Source: an uncultured Bacteroidota bacterium
GTDB taxonomy: Bacteria; Bacteroidota; Ignavibacteria; UBA10030; UBA6906
Assembly (NCBI GenBank): GCA_963700635.1
Contig: CAVOYH010000003.1
Coordinates: forward strand, 1,632,001-1,696,000
Direction: 5' to 3'
Length of the DNA: 64,000 nucleotides
The position numbers and the translations under genes were made by a program. The notes beneath the pieces are model-generated. The model saw only the letters and a program-made list of their open reading frames with translations. It ran no database searches and was not told the origin of the DNA. Of this stretch, positions 32,552 to 42,307 are shown in pieces (the first letter of the stretch is position 1; every line of letters begins with the position of its first letter).

Positions 32552-35500
32552 TCAGGCATACCCCTCATAGCGCAGCGTCTGTGCGGCACCGCGAACAAAA
32601 CCAGCCTCCTGCAGAATTGAAGCGAGTGGATCAAGCATCGGCTTCGTTCCGTTGCACGCTTCTACATCAATCCGTTGAAAAGGACGGAGCGTTTCCGGGA
32701 GACGGGTGAGCTCGATCAGTCGCTGCAGTGCCTCCTTCAGGACGGCAGCCGGGGCTGCCGGCGATGACCAGAGGCGGGACCCATGGAGTTCGGCGAGAAG
32801 GACCAGTTCTCCTCCCGCAATTGCCAGATAGCTGGAGGCGGATCGGGAAGAGCGGGAGGTGCCGAATGGCATCTCTGTGCCAGGCCCGAAGGGGTTCGCA
32901 GGGTCACTGGCGTTGATGAGAACGACTTCCCCCGGCAGAGGCCCGGCGCTCCGGTGATGCCGTAGCCGTTCGACGGCCTCGGGGAGTGCATATTGCATGC
33001 CTGAGAGCCCCTGCACAAAGTACCCCCGTCGCACTTCCCCCCTGAGTTCCCGCATCTGGAGTTCTGCTGAGAGGATGGACCATGGGAGCAGTTCTTCCCG
33101 GCGAACGAATTCCCGTGCAAGGATACCATAGCGTCGCAGCAGTGTGTCGACCTGGAGAGCGGCACATTCTTCCACCGGTCGTTCTTCCCCCATCACTCCT
33201 GGATGACGGAGCAGCGACCATCGTCCCTCCCAGCCCGGGACGGCTTTGATCGCCTTTCGTGCAGCGGCCACGGCGGGACTGAACCGGCGGCGTGAGCGGG
33301 GACCGATCACCGTCACCGGCTCCAGCGGCACGTCACTCCCAGGCCGGAGAGCGCGCTTGAGGCGGAAGAGCTCCGGGGCTGAATCATTGGTTACGAGGCC
33401 GGTCCAGAATAGTTCTGCAAGCGCCCCGTTGAGAGCGGAGAGAGAGAGGCGAGTCGATGCCCTGATGTCTGCAAGGAATGATGCCCCGTACTGCCGCACG
33501 TAGTCCATCACCCGCCTGGCCGGTTCGCTGAGCTCCGTCTGCTCCTCTTCCCCGAGGTACACTCCGCCTTCCCCTCTGCGAAAACAACGTATGCGTCCCG
33601 GTCCGGATCCGCACCACACCCATGACGATGGAATATCCCACTGACCGGAGCTCTCAGTGCGTCCATTCCCTGACCGGCGGGGGAAGATCTCCCGTTGCCA
33701 GACCTCGGCGGGCAAAACGAGTCCCGTGAGCTGGTCCAGGACTGTTTCCCTGTCCACGGGATGCCGCCCCGTGCCTGTACCATCCACATGATGCCATGTG
33801 AGAAGAAAGGAGGTAAATTCGGGGAGGGAGCAGGGTTGGATCTCCTTGCGCAGTATCGTGATTGTCTGCCGGTGGATGCGTTCGAGCGTGGGACGGAAGC
33901 ACCACTGTGGTTGATCCGATCCCGGGATTTCGGGAGGGCGGAACCTGCCGGCTGCCATGTGCGGGTCGTCCTTCCAGTGGTTCGTCATGGAGAGGACATC
34001 ATCGGTCCGCAGTGCATACCGGTCTGCCAGTTCACGCGCCGTCACCGGTCCGTGATGCTCCACGAAGCGCCTGAGCACCCGGTCTACGGCGGGTTCGGCA
34101 GGCAACCGGCCATACACATCGCGGTCTTCTCCGGCGATCCATCGCTGGGTGCCGCCGACAGTGACACGGACTGCGCGCGAAGTCCGTTCCAGCTCCTGTG
34201 TCATGGCGGGAGCATCGCCTGTGACCCGTTCGGCGATTTCCTCTTCGCTGAGGTCACCGATCCTGATCAGCAGCTCCATGAGTTCTTCCGGTGTCCGGGC
34301 CCGGTAGCCATGGGCGGTATGCTGGAGACTCTGTTCGACGGTATCGATGGCGTCTGCCTTCAGGAGCGAGGAGATCGTCGTGATGTCGACCACCTCGGCA
34401 AGGAGATCACGATTGACCGGAAGGAACTGGCTGAGGCGGTCAGCCCGGGGCTGGTCCCATTCGTACATGTAGACTGCAATGAAGTCGAACAGCAGGCTGG
34501 CGGCGAACGGGGAGGGTATTTCGGTCTGAACGGTCTCTACCCGGATTGACCCGCGGGCGATTCCCTGGAGAATCTCGACGGCATGCGGCAGATCCAGCAC
34601 GTCGTTGAGCACTTCGCGGAGGGTCTCGATGACGATGGGGAAGTCTTCAAAGCTTCGCACCACCTGCAGGAGGTCGGCGGCCCGCAACCGCTGGAGCCAG
34701 AGGGGAGTCCGTTTCCCGGGCATGGTCCGGGGGAGGAGCAAGGCCCTCCCGGCGTTCTGTCGGAACTGGCCGCCGTACACCGGCGTCTGAAGAATGTCAT
34801 CGAGCAGCGTCTGCCGTGCGGCTTCAGGGTCAAGTCCATCGAAAATATCCAGCGGGATTTCTTCGGCATCATTGCACCGGAGCATAACACCATTGTCGTT
34901 GTACAGCATCTGCGGTTCCATCCCCGTGCGTTCCGCGACCAGGCGGGCACAAAGGAGCCCGAGCAGCCCGTTGACCCTTCGGCCATAGCAGGAGTGCAGG
35001 ATGAGCCTGGGATCACCAACCTCGTCACGAAAGGCCTCGAGGAGAAGGCACCGGTCGGTGGGGATACGGCCGGTGGATTCATGCTGGCGCCGGAAATACT
35101 CGAGCGTATTCCATGCCCCGTTGTGGTCGACCGGAAATTCCTGCTGGAGCCACCTCAGGGCCTCTCCCCCCGGGAGTTTCTCTTCAAGTTCTCTCCGGAA
35201 ATCGCCGATGCGCTGACCGAGCTCATAGCTCCTTCCGATGCCTTCCCCCCGCCAGAACGGCATCCGCGCGGGCTGTCCCGGTGCGGGGGTGACGGTGATG
35301 CGGTTTGCGTCGATGCCGACCATACGCCAGACATTGGATCCGAGCAGGAAGGTATCGCCTGTTCTGCTTTCATAGACAAACTCCTCGTCGACTTCTCCCA
35401 CCTTTGTTCTACCATCTTCGAGATAGACCCCGAAATACCCCCTGTCGGCGATAGTCCCCCCGCCGGTGATTGCCGTGTGTGATGTGCCAGGAAGGGCATG

Positions 35501-37105
35501 GATCGTCCGGTGCACGCGATCGAGGGAAATCCGTGCCCGCAGATCACGGAACGCGGGGTGGGAGTACCTGCCTGCCAGCATCTCGATGACCCGATCGAAC
35601 AACGACTGCGAAAGATTGCGATAGCAATACGATCTGCGCACGACGGAAAAAAGACGGTCCAACGGCCACGGTTCCACTGACGCCATTGCCGTAATCTGCT
35701 GGGCGAGAACGTCGAGGCAGTTCTCTGGAATGATCGTCTCCTCGACGTCATGGTCGTGCATTGCGCGAGCGACGACGAGTGACTCGACAAGGTCTTCCCG
35801 GTGGGTTGCTATCAGTCGCCCTTTGCTTGCGGCATCGACAAGATGTCCCGAACGCCCCACTCGCTGGAGGCCCCGGGCGATCCCTTTGGGAGACTGGAGC
35901 TGGATGACGAGGTCTACGGAGCCGATGTCGATTCCCAGTTCAAGGGCAGACGTTGCCACGAGGACCTTCAGTCTCCCTTCCTTGAGGTCGGTTTCCATGT
36001 CTTCCCGGGCGTCACGGGACATACTGCCGTGATATGCCTGAACGAGGGGGCCGTCCCACGCGGGCTCCCCGGTGTCTGTCGCACTTTCTCCGGGTGCTGT
36101 TCCTCCTTCAGGGATGCTCCAGTCCGTCCGGGTGGGAACGGTATACAGTTGAAATGTGGGAGCCGGAGCGTCGGCAATCAGTTCATTCAGTTTCGCCGCC
36201 ACTCTCTCGGCGAGACGCCGGTTGTTGACGAAGACCAGGGTCGTCCGGTGTTTCCGTATCGCAGCCAGCATCTCGTCGAATACCAACGGCCATACGCTGT
36301 CCTGCGGGAGAAGCGAGAAATCCTCTGCAGGGCACACGACCTGGAGGTTCATCTGTTTCTTGCCGCCTGCATCGACGATGGCCACGTGACGGGGGATGGG
36401 CGGTTCATCCGGACGTCCATCCTTCCTGGACACTCCCCCCAGGAAGCCCGCAATCCGCTCGAGTGGCTTCTGTGTTGCGGACAGCCCGATTCTGACGAAC
36501 TCCTGGTCTGCGATTTCCTGCAGGCGTTCAAGCGAGAGGGAGAGGTGGACGCCCCGTTTGTTGCCGCAGACGGCATGGATTTCGTCGACGATAACATACT
36601 GGACAGTCGTGAAGATCGTGCGGGCTTTCTGGCCCGTCAGCATCAGGTAGAGAGATTCGGGTGTTGTGATCAGAATGTCGGGTGGACGGGTGATCATGGC
36701 CCTGCGTTGCGCGGCAGAGGTGTCGCCGGTTCTTACACCCGTGTGGATGTGGGGGAGGGAAATCCGGGCCATCTCTGCTTCCGCGCGGATGCCTGCCAGG
36801 GGACCCGCCAGATTGCGTGCAATGTCGTTGTTGAGCGCTTTGAGCGGGGAGACATACACAATCCGCACGCCGGGCGCCAGCTCCTCCTGCAGATGTTGTT
36901 CAACCAGGTGATTGATAGCCCAGAGGAAGGCAGCCAGCGTTTTGCCCGATCCGGTAGGGGCCAGGATCAGCGTGTTCCGGCCCGACGCGATGCTCGGCCA
37001 CCCCAGCCGCTGCGGCGGGCTGGGAGTTCCAAATGTGGCTCGGAACCAGGCCGCAACGACCGGATGGAAATCCGCAAGAATATCAGCGCTGTCGGTTGCG
37101 ACCAT
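32552..37105 (-). CDS. lhr: Large Lhr-family DEAD/DEAH helicase with extended C-terminal region
   Basis: APTGSGKT, VSPLKAL, TTPESL, DEIH, GLSAT, HGSMS, LELGIDIG, QRVGRSGH; 1517 aa. Confidence 0.9.
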   Translation of the reverse strand: MVATDSADILADFHPVVAAWFRATFGTPSPPQRLGWPSIASGRNTLILAPTGSGKTLAAFLWAINHLVEQHLQEELAPGVRIVYVSPLKALNNDIARNLAGPLAGIRAEAEMARISLPHIHTGVRTGDTSAAQRRAMITRPPDILITTPESLYLMLTGQKARTIFTTVQYVIVDEIHAVCGNKRGVHLSLSLERLQEIADQEFVRIGLSATQKPLERIAGFLGGVSRKDGRPDEPPIPRHVAIVDAGGKKQMNLQVVCPAEDFSLLPQDSVWPLVFDEMLAAIRKHRTTLVFVNNRRLAERVAAKLNELIADAPAPTFQLYTVPTRTDWSIPEGGTAPGESATDTGEPAWDGPLVQAYHGSMSRDAREDMETDLKEGRLKVLVATSALELGIDIGSVDLVIQLQSPKGIARGLQRVGRSGHLVDAASKGRLIATHREDLVESLVVARAMHDHDVEETIIPENCLDVLAQQITAMASVEPWPLDRLFSVVRRSYCYRNLSQSLFDRVIEMLAGRYSHPAFRDLRARISLDRVHRTIHALPGTSHTAITGGGTIADRGYFGVYLEDGRTKVGEVDEEFVYESRTGDTFLLGSNVWRMVGIDANRITVTPAPGQPARMPFWRGEGIGRSYELGQRIGDFRRELEEKLPGGEALRWLQQEFPVDHNGAWNTLEYFRRQHESTGRIPTDRCLLLEAFRDEVGDPRLILHSCYGRRVNGLLGLLCARLVAERTGMEPQMLYNDNGVMLRCNDAEEIPLDIFDGLDPEAARQTLLDDILQTPVYGGQFRQNAGRALLLPRTMPGKRTPLWLQRLRAADLLQVVRSFEDFPIVIETLREVLNDVLDLPHAVEILQGIARGSIRVETVQTEIPSPFAASLLFDFIAVYMYEWDQPRADRLSQFLPVNRDLLAEVVDITTISSLLKADAIDTVEQSLQHTAHGYRARTPEELMELLIRIGDLSEEEIAERVTGDAPAMTQELERTSRAVRVTVGGTQRWIAGEDRDVYGRLPAEPAVDRVLRRFVEHHGPVTARELADRYALRTDDVLSMTNHWKDDPHMAAGRFRPPEIPGSDQPQWCFRPTLERIHRQTITILRKEIQPCSLPEFTSFLLTWHHVDGTGTGRHPVDRETVLDQLTGLVLPAEVWQREIFPRRSGNGRTESSGQWDIPSSWVWCGSGPGRIRCFRRGEGGVYLGEEEQTELSEPARRVMDYVRQYGASFLADIRASTRLSLSALNGALAELFWTGLVTNDSAPELFRLKRALRPGSDVPLEPVTVIGPRSRRRFSPAVAAARKAIKAVPGWEGRWSLLRHPGVMGEERPVEECAALQVDTLLRRYGILAREFVRREELLPWSILSAELQMRELRGEVRRGYFVQGLSGMQYALPEAVERLRHHRSAGPLPGEVVLINASDPANPFGPGTEMPFGTSRSSRSASSYLAIAGGELVLLAELHGSRLWSSPAAPAAVLKEALQRLIELTRLPETLRPFQRIDVEACNGTKPMLDPLASILQEAGFVRGAAQTLRYEGYA

Positions 37106-37207
37106 ACAGAGAGATTCAGGTTGGACTATCTATGCCATGGATCCAGACGGTGACGGGAGTATACCGTAAAATCCGCCGAGTCGCAAGTGCAGAAAACCTC
37201 AAATCGG

Positions 37208-37233
37208 CGCAACTCCGGGGGCTTTGTTGCGTA
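37208..37233 (+). promoter_or_regulatory. Putative ECF-sigma promoter
   Basis: CGCAAC-N16-CGTA upstream of the efflux adaptor. Confidence 0.4.
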
Positions 37234-37283
37234 CAGAAGAGAGTATCCTACGGCCATCCTCAGGGTTCCACCAGGAGAAATCC

Positions 37284-38375
37284 ATGAAAAAGAAAATCGT
37301 CATCTCCATCGTTGGGGGTGCCGTTGTTGTCGTTGCCGGAGTCCTTCTCCTGCGCGGGTCCACTACCAATGCGGACCAGGCCAGGGGTACGGTCAAAGTG
37401 ACGCGCGACAATATCATCGACAAGGCACTGGCAGTAGGGACGATCGAGCCGGAGAACGAAGTCTCCGTGAAGTCCAAGGTCTCCGGGGTGGTGCGGAGAA
37501 TCCTCGCGGATGCGGGATCATATGTGAAGGCGGGACAACCGCTGCTCGAGGTGAAGCCGGATCCGACGCCGATAGAGCTCGCCGACGCGAAGAGGCAGCT
37601 CCAGATCCGGGAGGTCGAGATCAACAACCTGAACAAGGACAGCGTCCGCCAGGTCTCGATGGTCAGGAAGAACCTCATCTCGCAGAAGGAGTATGAAGAT
37701 TTCGAGCGCCGCTTCGAGGAAGCACAACTCCAGCTGAAGATCGCCCGCGAACGGCTCGCCCTGCTGGAGAGTGGCAGGGTAACAATCGGCAACACGGAAA
37801 TTGAATCCATGATCAAGGCGCCCATCGACGGCTATGTGCTCAGCAAGACTGTCGAGGTCGGGGATCCGGTGACACCGTTGACCTCCTACCAGGAAGGGAC
37901 AGTGCTTATGAAGATGGCGAATATGGACCGATTGCTGTTTAAAGGCACTGTGGACGAAATCGATGTCGGGAAACTCCGGGAAGGCATGGAAGTCGAACTG
38001 AAAGTCGGCGCCCTTCCGAACACGAAGATCGTCGGCTCTCTCATGAAGATTTCCCTGAAAGCAGAAAAAAGGGACAACGCGACGGTGTTTCCCATCGAAA
38101 TCTCCGTCCCGCGCACCAACAACGCAACGCTGCGGGCCGGGTACTCCGCGAATGCCAACATCATCATTCAGCGCAAAGACAGTGTCCTCGTCATTCCCGA
38201 ACGGGTCGTTACCTTCAGGAACGATTCCGCCTTCGTCACCGTTGCTCCCTCTCCCGGGAAGGAAGAAGAGCGCCGGATCATCACGGGGTTGAGCGATGCG
38301 ATAAAGGTCGAAGTGGTGGGGGGCCTGAATGAGGGTGATGAAGTCCTCGAAAAGCCTGTGAAGAAGATCGAATGA
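37284..38375 (+). CDS. MacA/YknX-like efflux periplasmic adaptor (membrane fusion protein)
   Basis: N-terminal TM; VSVKSKVSGVV..G.YVKAGQPL; IKAPIDG; VDEIDVG; LRAGYSANA. Confidence 0.92.
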   Translation: MKKKIVISIVGGAVVVVAGVLLLRGSTTNADQARGTVKVTRDNIIDKALAVGTIEPENEVSVKSKVSGVVRRILADAGSYVKAGQPLLEVKPDPTPIELADAKRQLQIREVEINNLNKDSVRQVSMVRKNLISQKEYEDFERRFEEAQLQLKIARERLALLESGRVTIGNTEIESMIKAPIDGYVLSKTVEVGDPVTPLTSYQEGTVLMKMANMDRLLFKGTVDEIDVGKLREGMEVELKVGALPNTKIVGSLMKISLKAEKRDNATVFPIEISVPRTNNATLRAGYSANANIIIQRKDSVLVIPERVVTFRNDSAFVTVAPSPGKEEERRIITGLSDAIKVEVVGGLNEGDEVLEKPVKKIE

Positions 38376-39607
38376 ACGGCGTGATGAACACGCTCGGAGA
38401 GTTCGTGCGTGACCTCCGGGCGCAGAAGCTCCGCACGGCGCTGACAATTTTCGGCATTGTCTGGGGGACCGTGGCGATCGTCGTGCTGCTGGCGTTCGGG
38501 ATGGGTTTCAAGCGGCAGCTGTCGGTGAACATGCACGGGATCGGCGAGAGTATTGCGATCATGTTCCCGGGCCGGACAACGAAGCCGTTCGAGGGCTTCG
38601 GGATCGGTCGGCCGATGAGTCTTGTCGAAGACGATGCCTCTCTGATCGCGCAACAGGTTGCGGATGTCGACCGGATCAGTCCCGAATACATGCGGTATGA
38701 CACGCCCGTCCGGGTGGGGGAGAACATCATCAACCCGGCCATCTCCGGCGTCATCCCCGTGTATGGCGACATGCGCAACATTATCGCCGAGCGAGGAGGG
38801 AGGTTTCTGAACGATCAGGATATTCGTGACCGAAAGCGGGTGGTTCTGATGGGCGATGAGGTAAAGCGCCTGCTCTTCGGTGAAACTGACCCGATAGGAC
38901 GGCTGGTCTACGTCGGCCAGGTGCCGTTCACGGTGATCGGCGTGATGCAGAAAAAGACCCAGAACTCGTCGTACAACCGGCGCGATCAGGATCGCATCTT
39001 CATCCCGTCGAGCACGTTTGCCTCGGTGTTCGGGGCGCATTCCGTCAGCAATCTGATCTTCACAAGCCGGGATCCGATGCGGTCCGAAGAGACCATTCAG
39101 CAGGTGCGGGAAGTCCTCGGTAGAAAGTACCGCTTCGATCCGACGGACAAAGACGCGATCTGGATCTGGGACACCGCCGAGTTCGATAAGTTCGTCGTGG
39201 TGTTCTTCCTCGCTTTCAACATCTTCATGGGGCTGATCGGCAGCTTCACCCTGGCGGTCGGCGGGATCGGTGTGGCCAATATCATGTACATTGTTGTGCA
39301 GGAGCGGACCCGGGAAATAGGTATCAAGAGAGCGGTGGGGGCCCGGCGGCGGGATATCCTGATCCAGTTTTTCAGTGAGACCATGTTCATTATCCTTCTC
39401 GGTTCTTCGGTAGGATTCCTGATTGCCATCGGCATCACCAGCGCAATGCAGAGCATTCCCATCAAGGAATTCATCGGGACACCCGTGATTTCGTTCGAAG
39501 TGGCGCTGGTCACCATGCTGGTGCTCGCTCTGGTGGGCCTGGCAGCCGGCCTGCTGCCTGCGCGCCGTGCTGCGAATCTGAATGTCGTTGACTGTCTCCG
39601 TACCTGA
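38372..39607 (+). CDS. ABC transporter permease (MacB/FtsX family)
   Basis: LRTALTIFGIVWG; GGIGVANIMY.VVQERTREIGIKRAVGA; PARRAA. Confidence 0.93.
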   Translation: MNGVMNTLGEFVRDLRAQKLRTALTIFGIVWGTVAIVVLLAFGMGFKRQLSVNMHGIGESIAIMFPGRTTKPFEGFGIGRPMSLVEDDASLIAQQVADVDRISPEYMRYDTPVRVGENIINPAISGVIPVYGDMRNIIAERGGRFLNDQDIRDRKRVVLMGDEVKRLLFGETDPIGRLVYVGQVPFTVIGVMQKKTQNSSYNRRDQDRIFIPSSTFASVFGAHSVSNLIFTSRDPMRSEETIQQVREVLGRKYRFDPTDKDAIWIWDTAEFDKFVVVFFLAFNIFMGLIGSFTLAVGGIGVANIMYIVVQERTREIGIKRAVGARRRDILIQFFSETMFIILLGSSVGFLIAIGITSAMQSIPIKEFIGTPVISFEVALVTMLVLALVGLAAGLLPARRAANLNVVDCLRT

Positions 39608-39673
39608 TCATCGTAGTATCGTGCACAGACGATTCTGACACCACCCGTATCCCTATCCAGGACCCCGATTGCG

Positions 39674-40915
39674 ATGTGGCGCGAACTCATCACCGATTTT
39701 CTCCAGGACCTCAATGCGCAGAGAACCCGGGCGTTTCTGACGATCCTGGCAATTACATGGGGGACGGTGGCGGTCGTTCTGCTGCTCGCGTTCGGTGACG
39801 GACTGGGGACGCAGATGCACAACGGGCTGATCAATGCCGGCAACCAGATCATGATCCTGTACGGGGGTGAAACCGGGATGCAATATGAGGGGGTTCCCAA
39901 AGGGCGTCGTATCCGTCTGCACGAAGAAGATGCCGAGATGCTGCATGCGGCCATCCCGGCGATCGACATGGTGAGTCCTCAGTATCGGGCAACCGTTCGC
40001 CTGACGAATGGCAAGAAATCCTCCAACACGGAGTGCGAAGGCGTCAATCCGGCGTTCGAAGAGATGCGTCGCATGTTTCCCGCGGCCGGCGGACGCTTTC
40101 TGAACGAGGTGGACGTTGCCCGCCAGCGGCGGGTCCTAGTGCTGGGTACCGAGATCGCCAAGGAGTTGTTCGGAGAACAGGACCCGATCGGAAAGACACT
40201 TCTTCTGGAGCAGACGCCGTTCACCGTCATCGGCATCCTTCAGACAAAGATCCAGACCAGCATGAACAACGGGCCGGACACCCGGAGGGCCATTGTGCCC
40301 TACACCACCCTGCGCACGTTGTTCGGGCACGAGAGCGTGAACTCGATCGTTGTCCGGCCCGTCGACGCCGGGATGCAAGAAGTGGTAAAAAAAGAAATAT
40401 TCCGGGTGCTTGCACGGAAATATCATTTCGATCCGGCTGATGAACGTACGCTGTTCATCTGGGATTTCATCGAGAACGAGAAGATGAGCCGCCGCATCGG
40501 GGTGGGCGTATCCATCTTCCTCTTTGGTGTCGGGTTTCTGACACTCGTGATTGCCGGTGTGGGTGTTGCCAACGTCATGTACGTCGTGGTCAAAGAGCGG
40601 ACCCGTGAAATCGGGATCAAGTTGGCCGTCGGCGCACGGCGTGTCCATATTCTTTCCCAGTTCGTCTTCGAAGCACTCTTCATAGCGTTCATCGGCGGTA
40701 CCATCGGCATGCTGTTTTCGTGGGGAGTGGTCAGTGTGGTTCAAATGCTCCCCAGTGACGACGGCGCCATGCGCTTTCTCGGAAAGCCCATCCTCTCGCT
40801 CACGACGATGATGCTCACCGCTGGCATTCTCGCACTTATCGGACTTGCTGCAGGATTCTTCCCCGCCCGGCGTGCTGCGTCGGTCGATCCGGTGGAATCG
40901 CTCCGGTATGAGTAG
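39674..40915 (+). CDS. ABC transporter permease (MacB/FtsX family), paralog
   Basis: GVGVANVMYVVVKERTREIGIKLAVGA; PARRAASVDPVESLRYE. Confidence 0.93.
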   Translation: MWRELITDFLQDLNAQRTRAFLTILAITWGTVAVVLLLAFGDGLGTQMHNGLINAGNQIMILYGGETGMQYEGVPKGRRIRLHEEDAEMLHAAIPAIDMVSPQYRATVRLTNGKKSSNTECEGVNPAFEEMRRMFPAAGGRFLNEVDVARQRRVLVLGTEIAKELFGEQDPIGKTLLLEQTPFTVIGILQTKIQTSMNNGPDTRRAIVPYTTLRTLFGHESVNSIVVRPVDAGMQEVVKKEIFRVLARKYHFDPADERTLFIWDFIENEKMSRRIGVGVSIFLFGVGFLTLVIAGVGVANVMYVVVKERTREIGIKLAVGARRVHILSQFVFEALFIAFIGGTIGMLFSWGVVSVVQMLPSDDGAMRFLGKPILSLTTMMLTAGILALIGLAAGFFPARRAASVDPVESLRYE

Positions 40916-40933
40916 AGATACTACCCCCGGTTC

Positions 40934-40962
40934 TTGTTTCCCGCATCCAGTGTTCGTACCTT
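40934..40962 (+). promoter_or_regulatory. Putative sigma70-type promoter
   Basis: TTGTTT-N17-TACCTT. Confidence 0.4.
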
Positions 40963-41155
40963 AAACGTCATATGCTGACGCTCCGTGCGTTCGGGAGTGC
41001 GGACCGTGTTACCGGCATGCCGGTTTTACGGACGAGGGCAGGCTTCGCCAGGCAGTGGAGGTGGACGGAGCGTTCTGGGATGTTGTTTGTATGGGAAATC
41101 TTCGAGAGGAATGGGTATGCACACAACAGGGATTATCCTCCGCTGGCAGAGCGTG

Positions 41156-41653
41156 ATGAAGGCTGCCTTCGGAACTGCTCTTCTGCTCATCTGCATTGCT
41201 GTGGCTCCGTTGACGGCACAGTCGACCGACGCTCCGGCAACCCCCGCTCGAGGAGGTGGCTTTGACCCGAGCCGGGATGCCGCGAAGGACATCGCCGACG
41301 CTCTCCAGGAAGCCGGACGGTCAGGACGGCGTGTGATGCTCGACGTCGGCGGGGAATGGTGCGTCTGGTGTCACCGCCTCGATACCCTCATCGTCCGCCA
41401 TGATTCGCTTTCGTCCTTTCTGCACCGGAACTATGTGGTCGTCAAGGTGAACTACAGCAAAGAAAACAAGAACGAGACGGTGCTGGCGAAGTATCCGAAA
41501 ATTCCCGGGTATCCCCACCTCTTCGTTCTTGACAGCAGGGGAACGCTCCTGCGGTCCCAGGACACGGGAGAGCTTGAGTCCGGGAAAGGGCACGATCCCG
41601 GGAAAGTAATGGCGTTTCTCCGGGCATGGGCGCCGCCGGGAGGGGAACAGTAG
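41156..41653 (+). CDS. Exported thioredoxin-family protein
   Basis: Signal peptide; LDVGGEWCVWCHRLD; GYPHLFVLD; start uncertain. Confidence 0.88.
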   Translation: MKAAFGTALLLICIAVAPLTAQSTDAPATPARGGGFDPSRDAAKDIADALQEAGRSGRRVMLDVGGEWCVWCHRLDTLIVRHDSLSSFLHRNYVVVKVNYSKENKNETVLAKYPKIPGYPHLFVLDSRGTLLRSQDTGELESGKGHDPGKVMAFLRAWAPPGGEQ

Positions 41654-41721
41654 GGGTCCGCGTGTTGTTATAGAACCAGAAGAGTGTCAGTGTAGTCTGA
41701 AATCCATTCAATGAGGAACAC

Positions 41722-42201
41722 ATGAAGCCGGTCCAGATTCTTGTTGTCATGTTGCTTGCAATCGCATTTGTCGCATCGACCTCGTTTGCCGCTGATCCGG
41801 CACCGAACTTTGCATTGAAAACTGCAGACGGCAAGACCGTCGAACTGAAGAAACTCCAGGGAAAGGTCGTCGTGGTCAACTTCTGGGCAACATGGTGCGG
41901 GCCGTGCCGGCGGGAAATACCGGGCATGATGAAGGTGTACGACAAATACAAAGGCAAGGGACTGGAAATCGTGGGGATTGCGCTCGACCGGGACGGATGG
42001 AACGATGTGAAACCCTACCTCGAGAAGAGCCCGATCAGCTATCCCATAGTCATCGGCGAAAGGAAGCTCACCGAGCAGTACGGTGGCGTTGAAGCCATCC
42101 CGACGACATTTATCGTCGACCGCAAGGGAAATATTGTTGCCAAACACGTGGGGGCGATGTCGGAAGAGGACTTCGAGAAGGCGATCAAGGCCGCGCTGTA
42201 A
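41722..42201 (+). CDS. TlpA/ResA-family thiol-disulfide oxidoreductase
   Basis: APNFALKT; VVNFWATWCGPCRREIP; IPTTFIVDRKG. Confidence 0.93.
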   Translation: MKPVQILVVMLLAIAFVASTSFAADPAPNFALKTADGKTVELKKLQGKVVVVNFWATWCGPCRREIPGMMKVYDKYKGKGLEIVGIALDRDGWNDVKPYLEKSPISYPIVIGERKLTEQYGGVEAIPTTFIVDRKGNIVAKHVGAMSEEDFEKAIKAAL

Positions 42202-42228
42202 GCTTCACGCGCCACGGGGGAAGATTCG

Positions 42229-42303
42229 AACACCGCAGAGCCGCAGAGAACACTGAAAGAAGGACTCCTTCAGGTATCGTGTTCTCTGTGACCCTGCGGT
42301 GTT
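42229..42303. repeat. Long imperfect inverted repeat (REP-like or bidirectional terminator) between convergent genes
   Basis: AACACCGCAG.agc.CGCAGAGAACAC ... GTGTTCTCTGTG.acc.CTGCGGTGTT. Confidence 0.75.
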
Positions 42304-42307
42304 TCTC

